From positions 96,001 through 160,000 of IMG/VR virus record IMGVR_UViG_3300048033_001096: DNA of 64,000 nucleotides, one strand, 5' to 3'. A program made the translations under genes and the position numbers. The notes below the pieces were generated by a model. That model was not told the DNA's origin. It saw only the letters and a list, made by a program, of their open reading frames with translations, and did no database searches. Below are positions 18,001 through 28,400 of the stretch, in pieces. The stretch's first letter is position 1; each line of letters opens with the position of its first letter. Origin of the DNA: a virus.

Positions 18001-20049
18001 TTTGTACCGCAAACTACATCAATTGATATTATTTTTCGTTCAGTAGATAATGTTATTGAATGGGATAACATATCTGCATTTGAGGATATTGGATTTGTTA
18101 CTGCATTTACGCCTGTCGAAGTTGATGTAACAGATATTACACAAACAGGAAATACTGTTAAAACCGGTGATATTGTACAAACAGGTAATACTGAAATTTT
18201 TGGAAACTTTACAGCAAATAATGATTTTTTCGGACCAGTAATTGATATTGACAATAACAAAATTATTAATACTCAAGAAGGTCTAAGAATGTCAACTAAT
18301 TCTAGCGATGAATTTTCATTGCCAGAAATTGTAAAAGCTATTGTTAATGGTGCAACAGTTAATGACTATACTAATCAGCAAGAAAAAAATCTAGTAAACT
18401 TTTTAATAGATAATAATTATGTTGATGTTAATCAAAGCGGAACACTTACAACTACAGATTATATCGCTTGGCTACAATATATAGTAAACGGATCAACTCC
18501 GGATGATAATTTTAATAATTTTTTAAAGCCAATTATTGATGAAATAATTGCTTTAGAATATGAAACTCCAGGGTATTTTAATTTTATTTTATTCTTTGGT
18601 GATTACAATAATCCTAATTTAGAATTACGTGCTAACAGTTCGGGTCAAGTATTATTTCCAAACAATAACATCTTAATACAACAAAATTTATTCGCTTCAA
18701 GAATTATAGCACAAGACATTAATGTTGGAAGAGATTTAAATCTTAATGAAATTGTTATAACCGACAGTATAATAGAACTTGATGATAATTTTATTAGTAC
18801 AACAATTTCTAATGAAAATTTAGAATTAAGGGCTAGTGAAAATAGGAATGTTACAACAAGTAATTTTTTAACTGTTAATAATACTCTAACAGTTAACAAT
18901 AACAGTACAATTAAGAATTTAGATATTTTGGGAAATGTTATACAGACAGGGGACCGAAATCAAAATGGAAATTTAGCTGTTATAGGTAATGTAACAGTTA
19001 GTTCAACAAATATTGAAAGTGAAATACAATTTGACAATATTCTATTTAATGACAACTATATTACAACAACTGATTCGAATAGTAATTTAGAGTTAACAGC
19101 TAATGGATCAGGCGTTATTGATATAAATGGAACTATTAATATTGATAACAATTTAGATGTTTTTGCAATAAATTCAGACGATATTAATAATTCATTAAAC
19201 TTAGATTTTAAAAATGCCTTGATAAGTTCAAATATTGAAATATTTGATAATGTTATTAGGACTACTGAAAGTAATTCTAATTTAGAATTAAGAACTTCTG
19301 ACACTAGTAACATAAAATTATCAAATTTATATTTTAATTTAGACACAATGTCTACACTAACGGATAATATTGTTATAACTAAAGACACGGTTCTTACGTC
19401 AAATAATAGTTTACAACTTCCAATCGGCACAATTATTGATAGACAAAATACACCTGGTGGGTTACGATTTAATAGTGATACACAAGCATTTGAAGGGTAT
19501 TATCAAAGTAATATTTCTTTAGGAGGAGTGTATTCCGACGATAGAAGAACTAGTATTACTGCACATCCTACTAATAATACATTAATAGGTAGAACAAATA
19601 ATGTTCAACGAATTGTTATCAACGATACATCTTTAAGAACACACGGATTGCAAGTTGACGATATATCAATACAAAATAATTTTATTAGTACAAATGTTTC
19701 TAATGCTGATTTAGATTTAAAAGCAGACGGCACAGGAAAATTAATCTTAGACGACATTACAATTACAAATCAAACTATACTTAATAATTCTAATTCTGCT
19801 ATTATTGTTAAAAATAATTTATACGGCAAAGCTAAGATTGCAGGTAATGCTGTTAAAATTCCATCTGGTACTGACGCTGAGCAACCGCCCTTTACTCCTG
19901 AAATTGGTATGACAAGATGGAATACTGAAAACAATATTCTTGAAGCGTGGGATGGAAGTACATTCATAAGTGCAGCTGGTACTAGTGCATCTATCAGTGC
20001 AGAAGAAATGGACGATCTTATTTTAGAATACACTCTAATCTTTGGGTAA
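15079..20049 (+). CDS. Large repeat-containing fibre/virion protein A1
   Basis: 1656 aa; GTG start after AGGAG; late box 15051-15058; many I(T/S)TxxSNxxLELRAxGxG repeats; beta-helix-like core; CBM-like insert. Confidence 0.75.
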   Translation: MAQVGRISGPLLTENLERNGIDLAFRNDLNTTQLLYFDVNNGRIAVNHDVPSYELDVIGTTQTTNLISNFSNVAGYTISNSTLSTIGNLNLNAAEAIVMANMENGTIRISDNTISTIISNANIDLTPNGTGTTEVINDLNVFGNIYTPGNITFDGTITLGDADTDDVTFETDVNSDIIPDQNNTYALGAEDRRWATLYTNLVNGRSASVDGYILNEVDLLTRHGGIIYVAQEGDDAHSGDHILDPLATISEALSRAEASGDQPFTILVAAGDYQEALPLVVPNNVSVIGQDIRNTVITPDTSSQSEDVFHLNDKTLIANLTIKNHYYDSVNNTGYAFRFAPDAIMTERSPYIQNITVITSETSDGDGDAGRGAWIDGDELNAATVNKTMLFHSCTFISPGADVINMTNDVRVEWLNSFTYYANRGLYAFAGVSGGAELRSIGSANVYGTYGAVADGADTLMYLIQHNFGYIGAGNKSDNNQEDAIQANEVVELNSGQIHFVSTDQKGNFRVGDNFFVDLESGNSSINIDTADIETLTGLIINTPTGTTVIDASYITTGNIRISDNEILSFVGDLNLEGATNTINISSNTNVSGSLNIIDNFSFGGTLNIAGDQPGRDTASDRLIFNVQFEQNFNPNLHLKYSLGEVQRPWLNAWLNRLEVGDITVDENYITTDVSNADLELLANGTGIINIPNNNFVIDNALSVSGTTSLQDVPLTGTLTQTDDFSITGNLFTTNVNITGNLTALSQQQFEEIRFDGNVITTTTSDSNLELRASGIGQILLPNNSVQNNNNLSADNIFNNSNINITLQTEFGSATVSDINIIGNYISTNNSNADLELRANGTGIISVNNNVNIDNNLTIGSKTFLQDGNTTYEYGPELVTNGTFDSNLNGWAQSGGGTATATSGNLRINSTGAARNVSQEIAVVPGKTYDFEAQFRSVSNGNPFYLRIFESGVGTLQEWNETTGLVPDQLLTFSFVPQTTSIDIIFRSVDNVIEWDNISAFEDIGFVTAFTPVEVDVTDITQTGNTVKTGDIVQTGNTEIFGNFTANNDFFGPVIDIDNNKIINTQEGLRMSTNSSDEFSLPEIVKAIVNGATVNDYTNQQEKNLVNFLIDNNYVDVNQSGTLTTTDYIAWLQYIVNGSTPDDNFNNFLKPIIDEIIALEYETPGYFNFILFFGDYNNPNLELRANSSGQVLFPNNNILIQQNLFASRIIAQDINVGRDLNLNEIVITDSIIELDDNFISTTISNENLELRASENRNVTTSNFLTVNNTLTVNNNSTIKNLDILGNVIQTGDRNQNGNLAVIGNVTVSSTNIESEIQFDNILFNDNYITTTDSNSNLELTANGSGVIDINGTINIDNNLDVFAINSDDINNSLNLDFKNALISSNIEIFDNVIRTTESNSNLELRTSDTSNIKLSNLYFNLDTMSTLTDNIVITKDTVLTSNNSLQLPIGTIIDRQNTPGGLRFNSDTQAFEGYYQSNISLGGVYSDDRRTSITAHPTNNTLIGRTNNVQRIVINDTSLRTHGLQVDDISIQNNFISTNVSNADLDLKADGTGKLILDDITITNQTILNNSNSAIIVKNNLYGKAKIAGNAVKIPSGTDAEQPPFTPEIGMTRWNTENNILEAWDGSTFISAAGTSASISAEEMDDLILEYTLIFG

Positions 20050-20071
20050 TCAACCTATTTTTTAATTAATC

Positions 20072-20194
20072 GATAAATACTATTAATGCAAAGTATGACC
20101 AATACTTGCAGGGTCAAACTGTGGTTAGCCAGCAAAGAACCTTAGGGGTGAAAATTCGGCTAGAGGGACAGGATCCCCGTATTGAGGAGAAAAG
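20072..20194 (+). promoter_or_regulatory. Late promoter plus pseudoknotted 5' leader
   Basis: GATAAATA 20072-20079; stem 20087-96/20102-10 whose loop GACC pairs with GGTC 20112-15; stems CTGT/ACAG and TTAGCC/GGCTAG. Confidence 0.6.
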
Positions 20195-23100
20195 ATGGCT
20201 GTTGGTCGCATATCCGGTCCGCTCTTAAAGTCCAATCTCATTCGTAATGGGATTGATCTAGCTTTTGAGACGGATCTACTATATCTAGATGTTAATAATC
20301 AGCACATCGGCATCAAGAATGCAACACCTCAATACGAGTTAGATGTCCTTGGAACCACTAAAACTACAGATTTAATTGTTACTAATAGAGCAGACTTAGC
20401 AGATATTACTGTTGAAGGTAATACTATTAGTACTACTCAACCTTATCTTAACCTTGCAACACTTGATACCGTAGTTGCACTTAATAAAATTAGAATTGAC
20501 AGCATTGATATTGAAGGCAATGCTATCACAACAAACGATTCAAACGCAAACCTAGAATTTCGTCCAAATGGCACTGGCAGTGTAGATATACACAGTGATT
20601 TAAATGTTGACGGAAATATTTACGCAAGTGGTAATATTACAGCAGACGGAAATATTACACTAGGTGATGCAGATACAGACAATGTTATCTTTAATGCAGA
20701 TGTTGCATCAAACATTATTCCAGATATTGACGATAGATATACATTAGGTAGTGACCCAGACGCTGGTGGAAAACAATGGAATGATGTATGGGTTAACAAC
20801 CTACGTGCATCTAGTCTTATTGTTAGTGAAGAATTAGATGTTGGTGATATTGATTTTACACTAGTACACGGTAACACATACTATGTTGCAGTAAACGGTG
20901 ACGATGCAAACGTCGGAGATCACTTCTTTGATCCATTTGCAAGTGTAAAGCATGCACTAAGCGTAGCAGTTGTAGGCGACACTATTCTTATTAGTCCAGG
21001 TGTTTATACAGAAGAATTTCCATTAACAATTCCAGCAGGTGTTACAGTTAAAGGCGAAGGAATTCGTTCTGTAACAATAGAACCAACCTTAGCTACAAAT
21101 ACAAACAATGCATTTTTGCTTAATGGCGAAACAACAGTTGAAGAATTAACAGTTAAAGGATTTTATAGTCCAGGATACGCATTTAGTTATGCACCAGGTT
21201 ACACAGCAACAAGTCGCTCACCGTATATTAGAAACATTACAGTAATTACAGAAGGTAGCACAACAACAGCAGAAGATCCAAGAGGATTTAATGCAGGCGA
21301 TGCAGGTAAAGGTGTGTTTTTAGATGGCGCAGTAGCAACAAGCACATCAGTTAACACAGCATTACTATTCCACTCAGTAACATTTATTACTCCAGGTGTT
21401 GATGCAGTAACTCTTACAAATGGTGCTAGAGTTGAGTGGCTAAACAGCTTTACATACTTTGCTAATCGTAGTATGTATGCATATGACAGTACACAAGGGC
21501 GTAGAGGCGCTGGTAAAACTAAGTTAACACTAAGTGGTATTACAGGAACCTTTACTCCAGGCAACACACTTACAATTACTTCAGCAGATGCATCAACTGT
21601 ATTAGTAGGAACAATTGATAGTGTTGACGGTAATGATGTTTACGTTAGTAGCTATTTAGATTTTGACGGTTTTGATTTAACACCACAGAGTATTACAGAT
21701 GGCACAGCAACAGCAACTACAATTGATAGTTTTGATTTAAGAGAGTTTGGTGCTGAAGTTAGACTTATTGCAAGTGCAAGTGTCTATGGTAACTTTGGGC
21801 TTGTAGGCCAAGGCCCGGGTGTTATTATGTATGCCATTGGACACAACTTGGCATACATTGGTAACGGAAAAGAAGTTACAAACGATCCAAATACAGTTGT
21901 ACAGGCAAACGAAATTGTAGAAACAGAAAGTGCAAAAATACGTTATAACTCAGTTGATCACAAAGGTGATTTTAGAGTAGGCGATTTGTTCTATGTTAAT
22001 CAAGAAACAGGAAGTGTAACATTTGCTGTAAGTGATTTTGAAATTAACACTGAAAACGGTGTAACATTTACTACCGGCAGTGATACTACATTTGTAGATG
22101 GTACGAAAGTTGAAACTGGTGATTGGCGCATTAGCGGAAACACTATTGAGACACTAACACAAGATGCTAACTTTGCAGGCGGAAGTGGAATTATTAATCT
22201 TAATTCGGATGTAAATGTAACTGGTAGTTTAGACGTAACCGGAAATGTTACAATTGGTGGTAATATTACAATCGGCGACGAAGCAACTGATACTATACAG
22301 ATTATAGCAGGAATTGATTCAGACATTATTCCAAAAACTGCAAGTACTTATAGCTTAGGTACTGCAACAAAAACTTGGGCTAATTTGTTTGTTAACGAAA
22401 TTAATGCAGACGATATTACTATTCGTGATAATTTTATCGAAACAACATTATCAAACTCAGATTTAGAACTACGTGCTAACGGAACTGGTAATATTTTAAT
22501 TCCAAGAAACGATGTTGTAATTAATAACGACCTTGATGTTAATGGAACAGCAACACTTGCAAATACAAATATTACAGGAACACTTACACTCCTTGGAGAT
22601 CTTAATCAAACAGGCGATTTTACTGTAACAGGTGATGTTACGGTATCACAGGATTTAGATGTTACTGGATCTGCGCAATTCGAAGAACTACTAGTTGACG
22701 ATAACTTTATAACAACTACAACAAGTAATACTGATCTTGAATTACGTGCTAATGGAACTGGTAATATTTTAATTCCAAACAATGATGTACAAATTACAAA
22801 TGACTTAACTGTTGATAAAGATATTACTTCTAATAATTTAACAACTTCTGGCTTAGTTACTGCTAACAGTTTTACAACTGGCAATATTGTTATTAATGAC
22901 AATTTTATAGAAACTACAGAATCAAATAGTAATTTAGATTTACGTGCTAATGGTACAGGTAATATATATGTGCCGAACAACAATGTAGTAATTGACAATG
23001 ACCTAACTGTAGACGGATCAACAAGTTTACAAGATGTTGATATCCAAGGTACAATTACACAAACTGGTAATACAACACAAACTGGTAATATTAATTTAAC

Positions 23101-24679
23101 TGGTAACTTTGGAATTACTGGCAATATTACTATTTCAGATACAGCACAATTTGAAAATATTAAAATTGAAGATAATTTTATTACAACAACTACAAGCACA
23201 TCGGATTTAGAATTTCGTGCTACAGAATTTGGTGATATTGTTGTTCCTACTAACGATATGGTTGTATCAAATGATTTAATTGTAAGTGGAACAATTACTG
23301 TAGGAGATATTAATTCAGCAGGCACTATTACTGCTAACAGATTTAGCACTGGTGATATATTAATAGACGATAACTTTATTACTACTACTTTAAGTAATTC
23401 GGATCTTGAATTACGTGCTAACGGAACTGGCAAAATATTAATTCCGAGTAATGATTTTGTTATTGATAATAATTTATCTGTTAACGGAAGTACAACATTA
23501 ACTAATACCAATATTATAGGTGATATAACTCATGTTGGTAATGTTACTCAAACTGGCGACATTAATTTAACAGGAAATTTAGATGTTACTGGTGAATTAG
23601 TTATTAGTGCTAGTGTTATACAATTTGAAGACATTCAAGTTTCGGGAAATAAAATTACTACAACAGATAGTAATTCAAATCTTGAATTACGTGCAAACGG
23701 CTCTGGCAAAATTTATATTCCTGAAAATAATGTTGTAATTAATAATGACCTTAATGTTAGCGGAATAATTACAGTAGAAAATATAGTTAGTACTGGAACA
23801 ATAAGTTCTAATAGTTTTAGCACTGGTGATATATTAATAGACGATAACTTTATTACTACTACTTTAAGTAATTCGGATCTTGAATTACGTGCTAACGGAA
23901 CTGGTTCGATTATTATCGACGAATTTGATATTAATGGATCAACAATAACAACTGTAAATGATTTAATATTACAACCAGGCAGCGGCAATGTTATAATAAA
24001 CAGTACAGGGTCTTTAAAAATTCCAACTGGTGATACTAGCCAACGTCCTGTAGGACAAATAGGTCAAGTTAGATTTAATTCGCAACTAGAAAGATTTGAA
24101 GGGTACAACGGAACTAATTGGATTAACTTAAAAGGTGTAGAAGACCTAGATGGTGACACTAAAGTAACTGCCGAACTAACTGAAGGTGCAAATGACGGAA
24201 TAATACGTTTTGATATTCAAGGTTCAACAATTGTAACAATTAATGATACTGAATTAACAGCACCTAAATTAGTAGTTGACGATATACAAATTGACGGAAA
24301 TGTTATTTCAACAACAACTACAGATACAGATTTAATATTATCAGGTAACGGCACCGGAGAAGTAAGATTTAATAGTCTTTCTTTTAAAGGCTCTACAATT
24401 ACTAACACAACTAATAACGGTATTACATTATTTGAAAATACCGGAGACGGTTATGTTAAATTTGATGGGTCGTATGGAGTAGTAATACCGTCAGGTGCAT
24501 CAGGTGATAGACCTCCAGCAGGATTTGTTGAAGTAGGACAAATGCGTTTTAATACAGACGACAGTCGTGTTGAAATTTTTGACGGAAGTAACTGGGTATC
24601 TGTTGCAGGTGCAGGTGCAGGTATTACTCGAGGCGATGCAGAAGAAATTGCACTTGCAACAGTATTGGTATTAGGATAA
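20195..24679 (+). CDS. Large repeat-containing fibre/virion protein A2 (paralogue of A1)
   Basis: 1494 aa; N-terminus VGRISGPLL..NL.RNGIDLAF shared with A1; same repeats and C-terminal helix. Confidence 0.75.
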   Translation: MAVGRISGPLLKSNLIRNGIDLAFETDLLYLDVNNQHIGIKNATPQYELDVLGTTKTTDLIVTNRADLADITVEGNTISTTQPYLNLATLDTVVALNKIRIDSIDIEGNAITTNDSNANLEFRPNGTGSVDIHSDLNVDGNIYASGNITADGNITLGDADTDNVIFNADVASNIIPDIDDRYTLGSDPDAGGKQWNDVWVNNLRASSLIVSEELDVGDIDFTLVHGNTYYVAVNGDDANVGDHFFDPFASVKHALSVAVVGDTILISPGVYTEEFPLTIPAGVTVKGEGIRSVTIEPTLATNTNNAFLLNGETTVEELTVKGFYSPGYAFSYAPGYTATSRSPYIRNITVITEGSTTTAEDPRGFNAGDAGKGVFLDGAVATSTSVNTALLFHSVTFITPGVDAVTLTNGARVEWLNSFTYFANRSMYAYDSTQGRRGAGKTKLTLSGITGTFTPGNTLTITSADASTVLVGTIDSVDGNDVYVSSYLDFDGFDLTPQSITDGTATATTIDSFDLREFGAEVRLIASASVYGNFGLVGQGPGVIMYAIGHNLAYIGNGKEVTNDPNTVVQANEIVETESAKIRYNSVDHKGDFRVGDLFYVNQETGSVTFAVSDFEINTENGVTFTTGSDTTFVDGTKVETGDWRISGNTIETLTQDANFAGGSGIINLNSDVNVTGSLDVTGNVTIGGNITIGDEATDTIQIIAGIDSDIIPKTASTYSLGTATKTWANLFVNEINADDITIRDNFIETTLSNSDLELRANGTGNILIPRNDVVINNDLDVNGTATLANTNITGTLTLLGDLNQTGDFTVTGDVTVSQDLDVTGSAQFEELLVDDNFITTTTSNTDLELRANGTGNILIPNNDVQITNDLTVDKDITSNNLTTSGLVTANSFTTGNIVINDNFIETTESNSNLDLRANGTGNIYVPNNNVVIDNDLTVDGSTSLQDVDIQGTITQTGNTTQTGNINLTGNFGITGNITISDTAQFENIKIEDNFITTTTSTSDLEFRATEFGDIVVPTNDMVVSNDLIVSGTITVGDINSAGTITANRFSTGDILIDDNFITTTLSNSDLELRANGTGKILIPSNDFVIDNNLSVNGSTTLTNTNIIGDITHVGNVTQTGDINLTGNLDVTGELVISASVIQFEDIQVSGNKITTTDSNSNLELRANGSGKIYIPENNVVINNDLNVSGIITVENIVSTGTISSNSFSTGDILIDDNFITTTLSNSDLELRANGTGSIIIDEFDINGSTITTVNDLILQPGSGNVIINSTGSLKIPTGDTSQRPVGQIGQVRFNSQLERFEGYNGTNWINLKGVEDLDGDTKVTAELTEGANDGIIRFDIQGSTIVTINDTELTAPKLVVDDIQIDGNVISTTTTDTDLILSGNGTGEVRFNSLSFKGSTITNTTNNGITLFENTGDGYVKFDGSYGVVIPSGASGDRPPAGFVEVGQMRFNTDDSRVEIFDGSNWVSVAGAGAGITRGDAEEIALATVLVLG
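23342..23904 (+). repeat. Identical 89-bp direct repeat inside A2
   Basis: 23342-23430 equals 23816-23904, 474 bp apart. Confidence 0.85.
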
Positions 24680-24683
24680 AGAT

Positions 24684-25013
24684 ATGGCAACAACATTTAA
24701 AAATAAAGTAGTACCTAGTGTAGGAACAGAAAGAACAGAAGTTCTTGCTACAAATGAAAATGCAAGAGTAACTGTTGTAGGATTTAGTTTAGCAAACACT
24801 ACATCAGGAACAGTACTTGTAGATGTAGAATTACAAGATTCAGATAGTGTATCAGGTTATTACGCTAAAGAAATTGTAGTACCACCTAACTCAAGTTTAA
24901 GAGTTTTAAACGGCGGTGAAAAATTAATTTTAACACCAGAAAATAACCTATATGTAACATCAAATGTTGATGACAGTATTGACATTATTATGAGTACAGT
25001 AGAGATTGTATAA
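24684..25013 (+). CDS. Small virion protein, paralogue 2 of 3
   Basis: 109 aa; ..EKLILTPENNLYV.. resembles paralogues 1 and 3. Confidence 0.7.
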   Translation: MATTFKNKVVPSVGTERTEVLATNENARVTVVGFSLANTTSGTVLVDVELQDSDSVSGYYAKEIVVPPNSSLRVLNGGEKLILTPENNLYVTSNVDDSIDIIMSTVEIV

Positions 25014-25023
25014 GGAGAAGTAA

Positions 25024-25398
25024 ATGGCATTTTATGTAGGCGCACAGCCAAGTATAACAGAACTATTAGGGGTTGGACAGCCAAGATACTTTTATGCTTT
25101 AAGAAGAACTGAGGACGGAACTTTATTTTTTGCTAAAATTGATCAGCTAAAAGATGTTGATTCGATTACAGTAAACAATCCTGGACCGTCTAGAGATGAC
25201 TTTACAGAATTTGAATATGGTGTTGACTTCTTTGACGGAAGATTAGAAGAAGACCACAGTCGTCCATTTACAAACTTACAGTGGGATCAATATCGCTGGG
25301 ATAACAAAAACATGTATTATTACGTAAACGATGAGGGCGAACTAGTTGTTAGAATTAATCAAGCATACAATTATTTGCCATCTCAAATAGTCGAATAA
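25024..25398 (+). CDS. Hypothetical virion protein
   Basis: 124 aa, SD AAGGAG, aromatic-rich. Confidence 0.65.
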   Translation: MAFYVGAQPSITELLGVGQPRYFYALRRTEDGTLFFAKIDQLKDVDSITVNNPGPSRDDFTEFEYGVDFFDGRLEEDHSRPFTNLQWDQYRWDNKNMYYYVNDEGELVVRINQAYNYLPSQIVE

Positions 25399-25428
25399 AT
25401 ATGTAAAAGAATTTAGGAAACCGCATAA

Positions 25429-28400
25429 ATGTCAGAATTTAAAATTAGTAGATTAAGATTTAGTTGGGTAGGCGAATGGAAAGACCAGTACGTTTACAAT
25501 AAAGACGAAATTGTACAGTTTGAAGGTAAAGCGTATGTATGTTTAATACCTCATACATCAAACGGGTTTTACGCAGATTTAAGTAATATTGAACCAAAGT
25601 GGGAGTTAATGATGACTGGCCAGACTTGGAAAGGTCCTTGGCAACAGTTTACAAATTACGCTTTAGACAATATTGTAATTTTTGGTGGTGTTGTTTACAA
25701 ATGTAACGAACAGCACCTAAGTGCAAGTATTATTGATCCAGACATTGACAAGTGGGACGTTTATGCGGAGTCTAAAACTTGGAAAAGCGAATGGACATCT
25801 AATACAACATACGGTCCTGGTGATATTGTAAACTATGGCGGCTCAGCTTACGAATGTATTATTGCTCATATATCTGCAGAAACAGATCTTTTAGGGTTAG
25901 AAGCTGACTATACTGATATTGACGATAGCACAGAAAGATATTGGAAACTATCAACATACGGAGTCCAGTACAGGGGCGATTATTCTACATTTTCTGAAGA
26001 CAGTACATATATTAGATATAAGTTAAATGATGTTGTAAAATACGGGCCTAGCTTATATAAATGTATATGGGGACATTCTCCAGGCATTGCAATTGAAGAT
26101 TTTTCGACTAATATGGAAATGGCCGATTCGTTTGTTCCAGAATATTGGGAAGAATGGCTACCTGGTTTAGACTTTGATAATGTATGGGATGTTGATACTT
26201 TCTATCAACCCGGTGATGTAGTACTATACGGTGGCTACTTATTCCAGAGTAAAATTATTAATAATCTTGGAAATAAACCTTCAACTACATACGGTGAAGA
26301 TTCAACAGATGCTTGGGAAATTATATCAGAAGCATATAGTATTGACGGCGACTGGATAGTCGATTCTGAATATAAAGTAGGTAGTGTTGTTAGATACGGA
26401 GGCGACTTATATGTTGCCCTTACTGACAGTATAGGTCAAAATCCAGGAAGTTTTGAAGTAACAATACCATACGAATCGGAAGGTTCGTCGGGTAATACTA
26501 TCATTCTAAATGCTGAAGACTCTGTTCCGCTCGATGCAATTACTGTAGGTATGACAGTTACTGGTGAAGGGTTTGCTAGAGGTCAACAAGTTGAAGTAGT
26601 TGAAGTTGATGCCGAAACAAAACTAATTACAGTTACATTAAACTATCCGCCCGACGGAGCAATTAACGACGAAGCAGTTCTTACTCTAGCAGGAACAAAT
26701 TATGCATTTTGGGAATTATTAATTCCAGGATTCCAGTATGAAGGAAGATGGAGTGAAGGGCGTACATATAATGCAGATGACGTTGCATATTTTGGAAATG
26801 CAACATATAAGTGTACTAGAGAACATACATCTGCTCTTGTAAATAGACCTGATTTAGATTTACAAAATAATTATTGGATTATTTATTTACAGCACGATCA
26901 AAGAAATAGTCTTACAACTCCTGGGCAAATGATTGTTTTTGATAAAGACGACGGCAACATACCTTTAGAAATCGGCGACGAAGCATCTATTTTAAAAGTT
27001 ATTAACGGACTGCCAACTTGGAGTGATATTGACTTTACACCAAATGTTTATTATGTTGCTACGAATGGTACTGATTTACCTGATAGAGGGACAACCCCCG
27101 ATACAGCATGGGCATCGATTAAGTATGCATGTGAAATTATTAAAGAAGGTACTTTACAACAGAATGCTAAAGAATTAATTCAAAAAAACAAAGAGTGGAT
27201 TGTGCAAGAAACATTTTATTGGTTCTTGTATCAGCAAAATCAAGGTATAGCACCATTTGGTGACTCTTTTAATTTTGATAATGAAAAAGTTATAAGAGAT
27301 TCTAGACAAATTGTAGATGCAGCAGTTAAAGATCTTACACGCGGCGGCAATGCACAAACTGTTGCAGCAGCATTATCCTACTTTGATTTAGAAAGTACAA
27401 ATAGATTTACAAATGATGAAATTGCAGCACAGGCTATATATTTTAAAATATTCTTTGTAAAACTATTTGAGCATATCGAATTTGCATTAACTAATACACC
27501 TTCAGGTACTAACTATCAACAGCTAGAAGGCGACAGACTTGGCGGCGATTTAAAACCCGGAATGATTCCATTTGCTACACAATACTTTAACACAAACTTA
27601 GTGTTGGATAGTAATACTTTAACAATAGTTAGAGCATTTGAAAGAATATATGTAGAATCGTTTACACTTGGATCACCAAATACAATTCCTCCAGCTAACG
27701 AATCAGCATACTCAACAATTAACATTAAAGCAGGTACTTATTTAGAAGAATTACCGATTGTTGTTCCTTGTAACTCAGCACTAAACGGTGACGAACTGCG
27801 TGGTACAACAGTACAGCCAGCTAATCCAGTTAACACATTATGTACAAAAACAACAGGCGATATAAATTTATTTACTGTTGGATCTACTGTTAATATGGAA
27901 CATAATACTCCAGTGCAGTTTGTTTCATTAAATCCAATAAACGAAATTAGTACCATTATTGGTGATGTAATTGCCGGACAGACATATTATGTAATTGGAG
28001 ATTCAATTACGCCCACAGCATTTGCAGTTAGTGAAGAACCAGACGGTGTACCGTTTGAAATTAGAACTAACATTGGCGGAATGTATGTGTACGGCGGCAA
28101 CGCACTAAGAGATATGTTCTATGTACAAAATGCTACAGGCATACGTAATATGACTGTTAAAGGACTACGAGGAACACTAACAGTAGAAAACGAATACTTA
28201 ACAAGACGCCCAACTGGCGGAGCATATGTTAGTTTAGATCCAGGCGAAGGACCGGATGACACAACAGCTTGGATTACTTATAAATCTCCATATATTCAAA
28301 ACGTAACAACATTTGGTAAAGGCTGTGTTGGCCTTAAAATTGATAGTGATTTACATAATGGCGGTAACACTTCAGTTACATCTAATGACTTTACGCAGAT

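Noticed and set aside
15079-24679. CRISPR or DGR interpretation of the recurring repeats
   Set aside because: Repeats are in-frame coding units; no spacers, no adenine-specific TR/VR pattern noticed, no reverse transcriptase in the window
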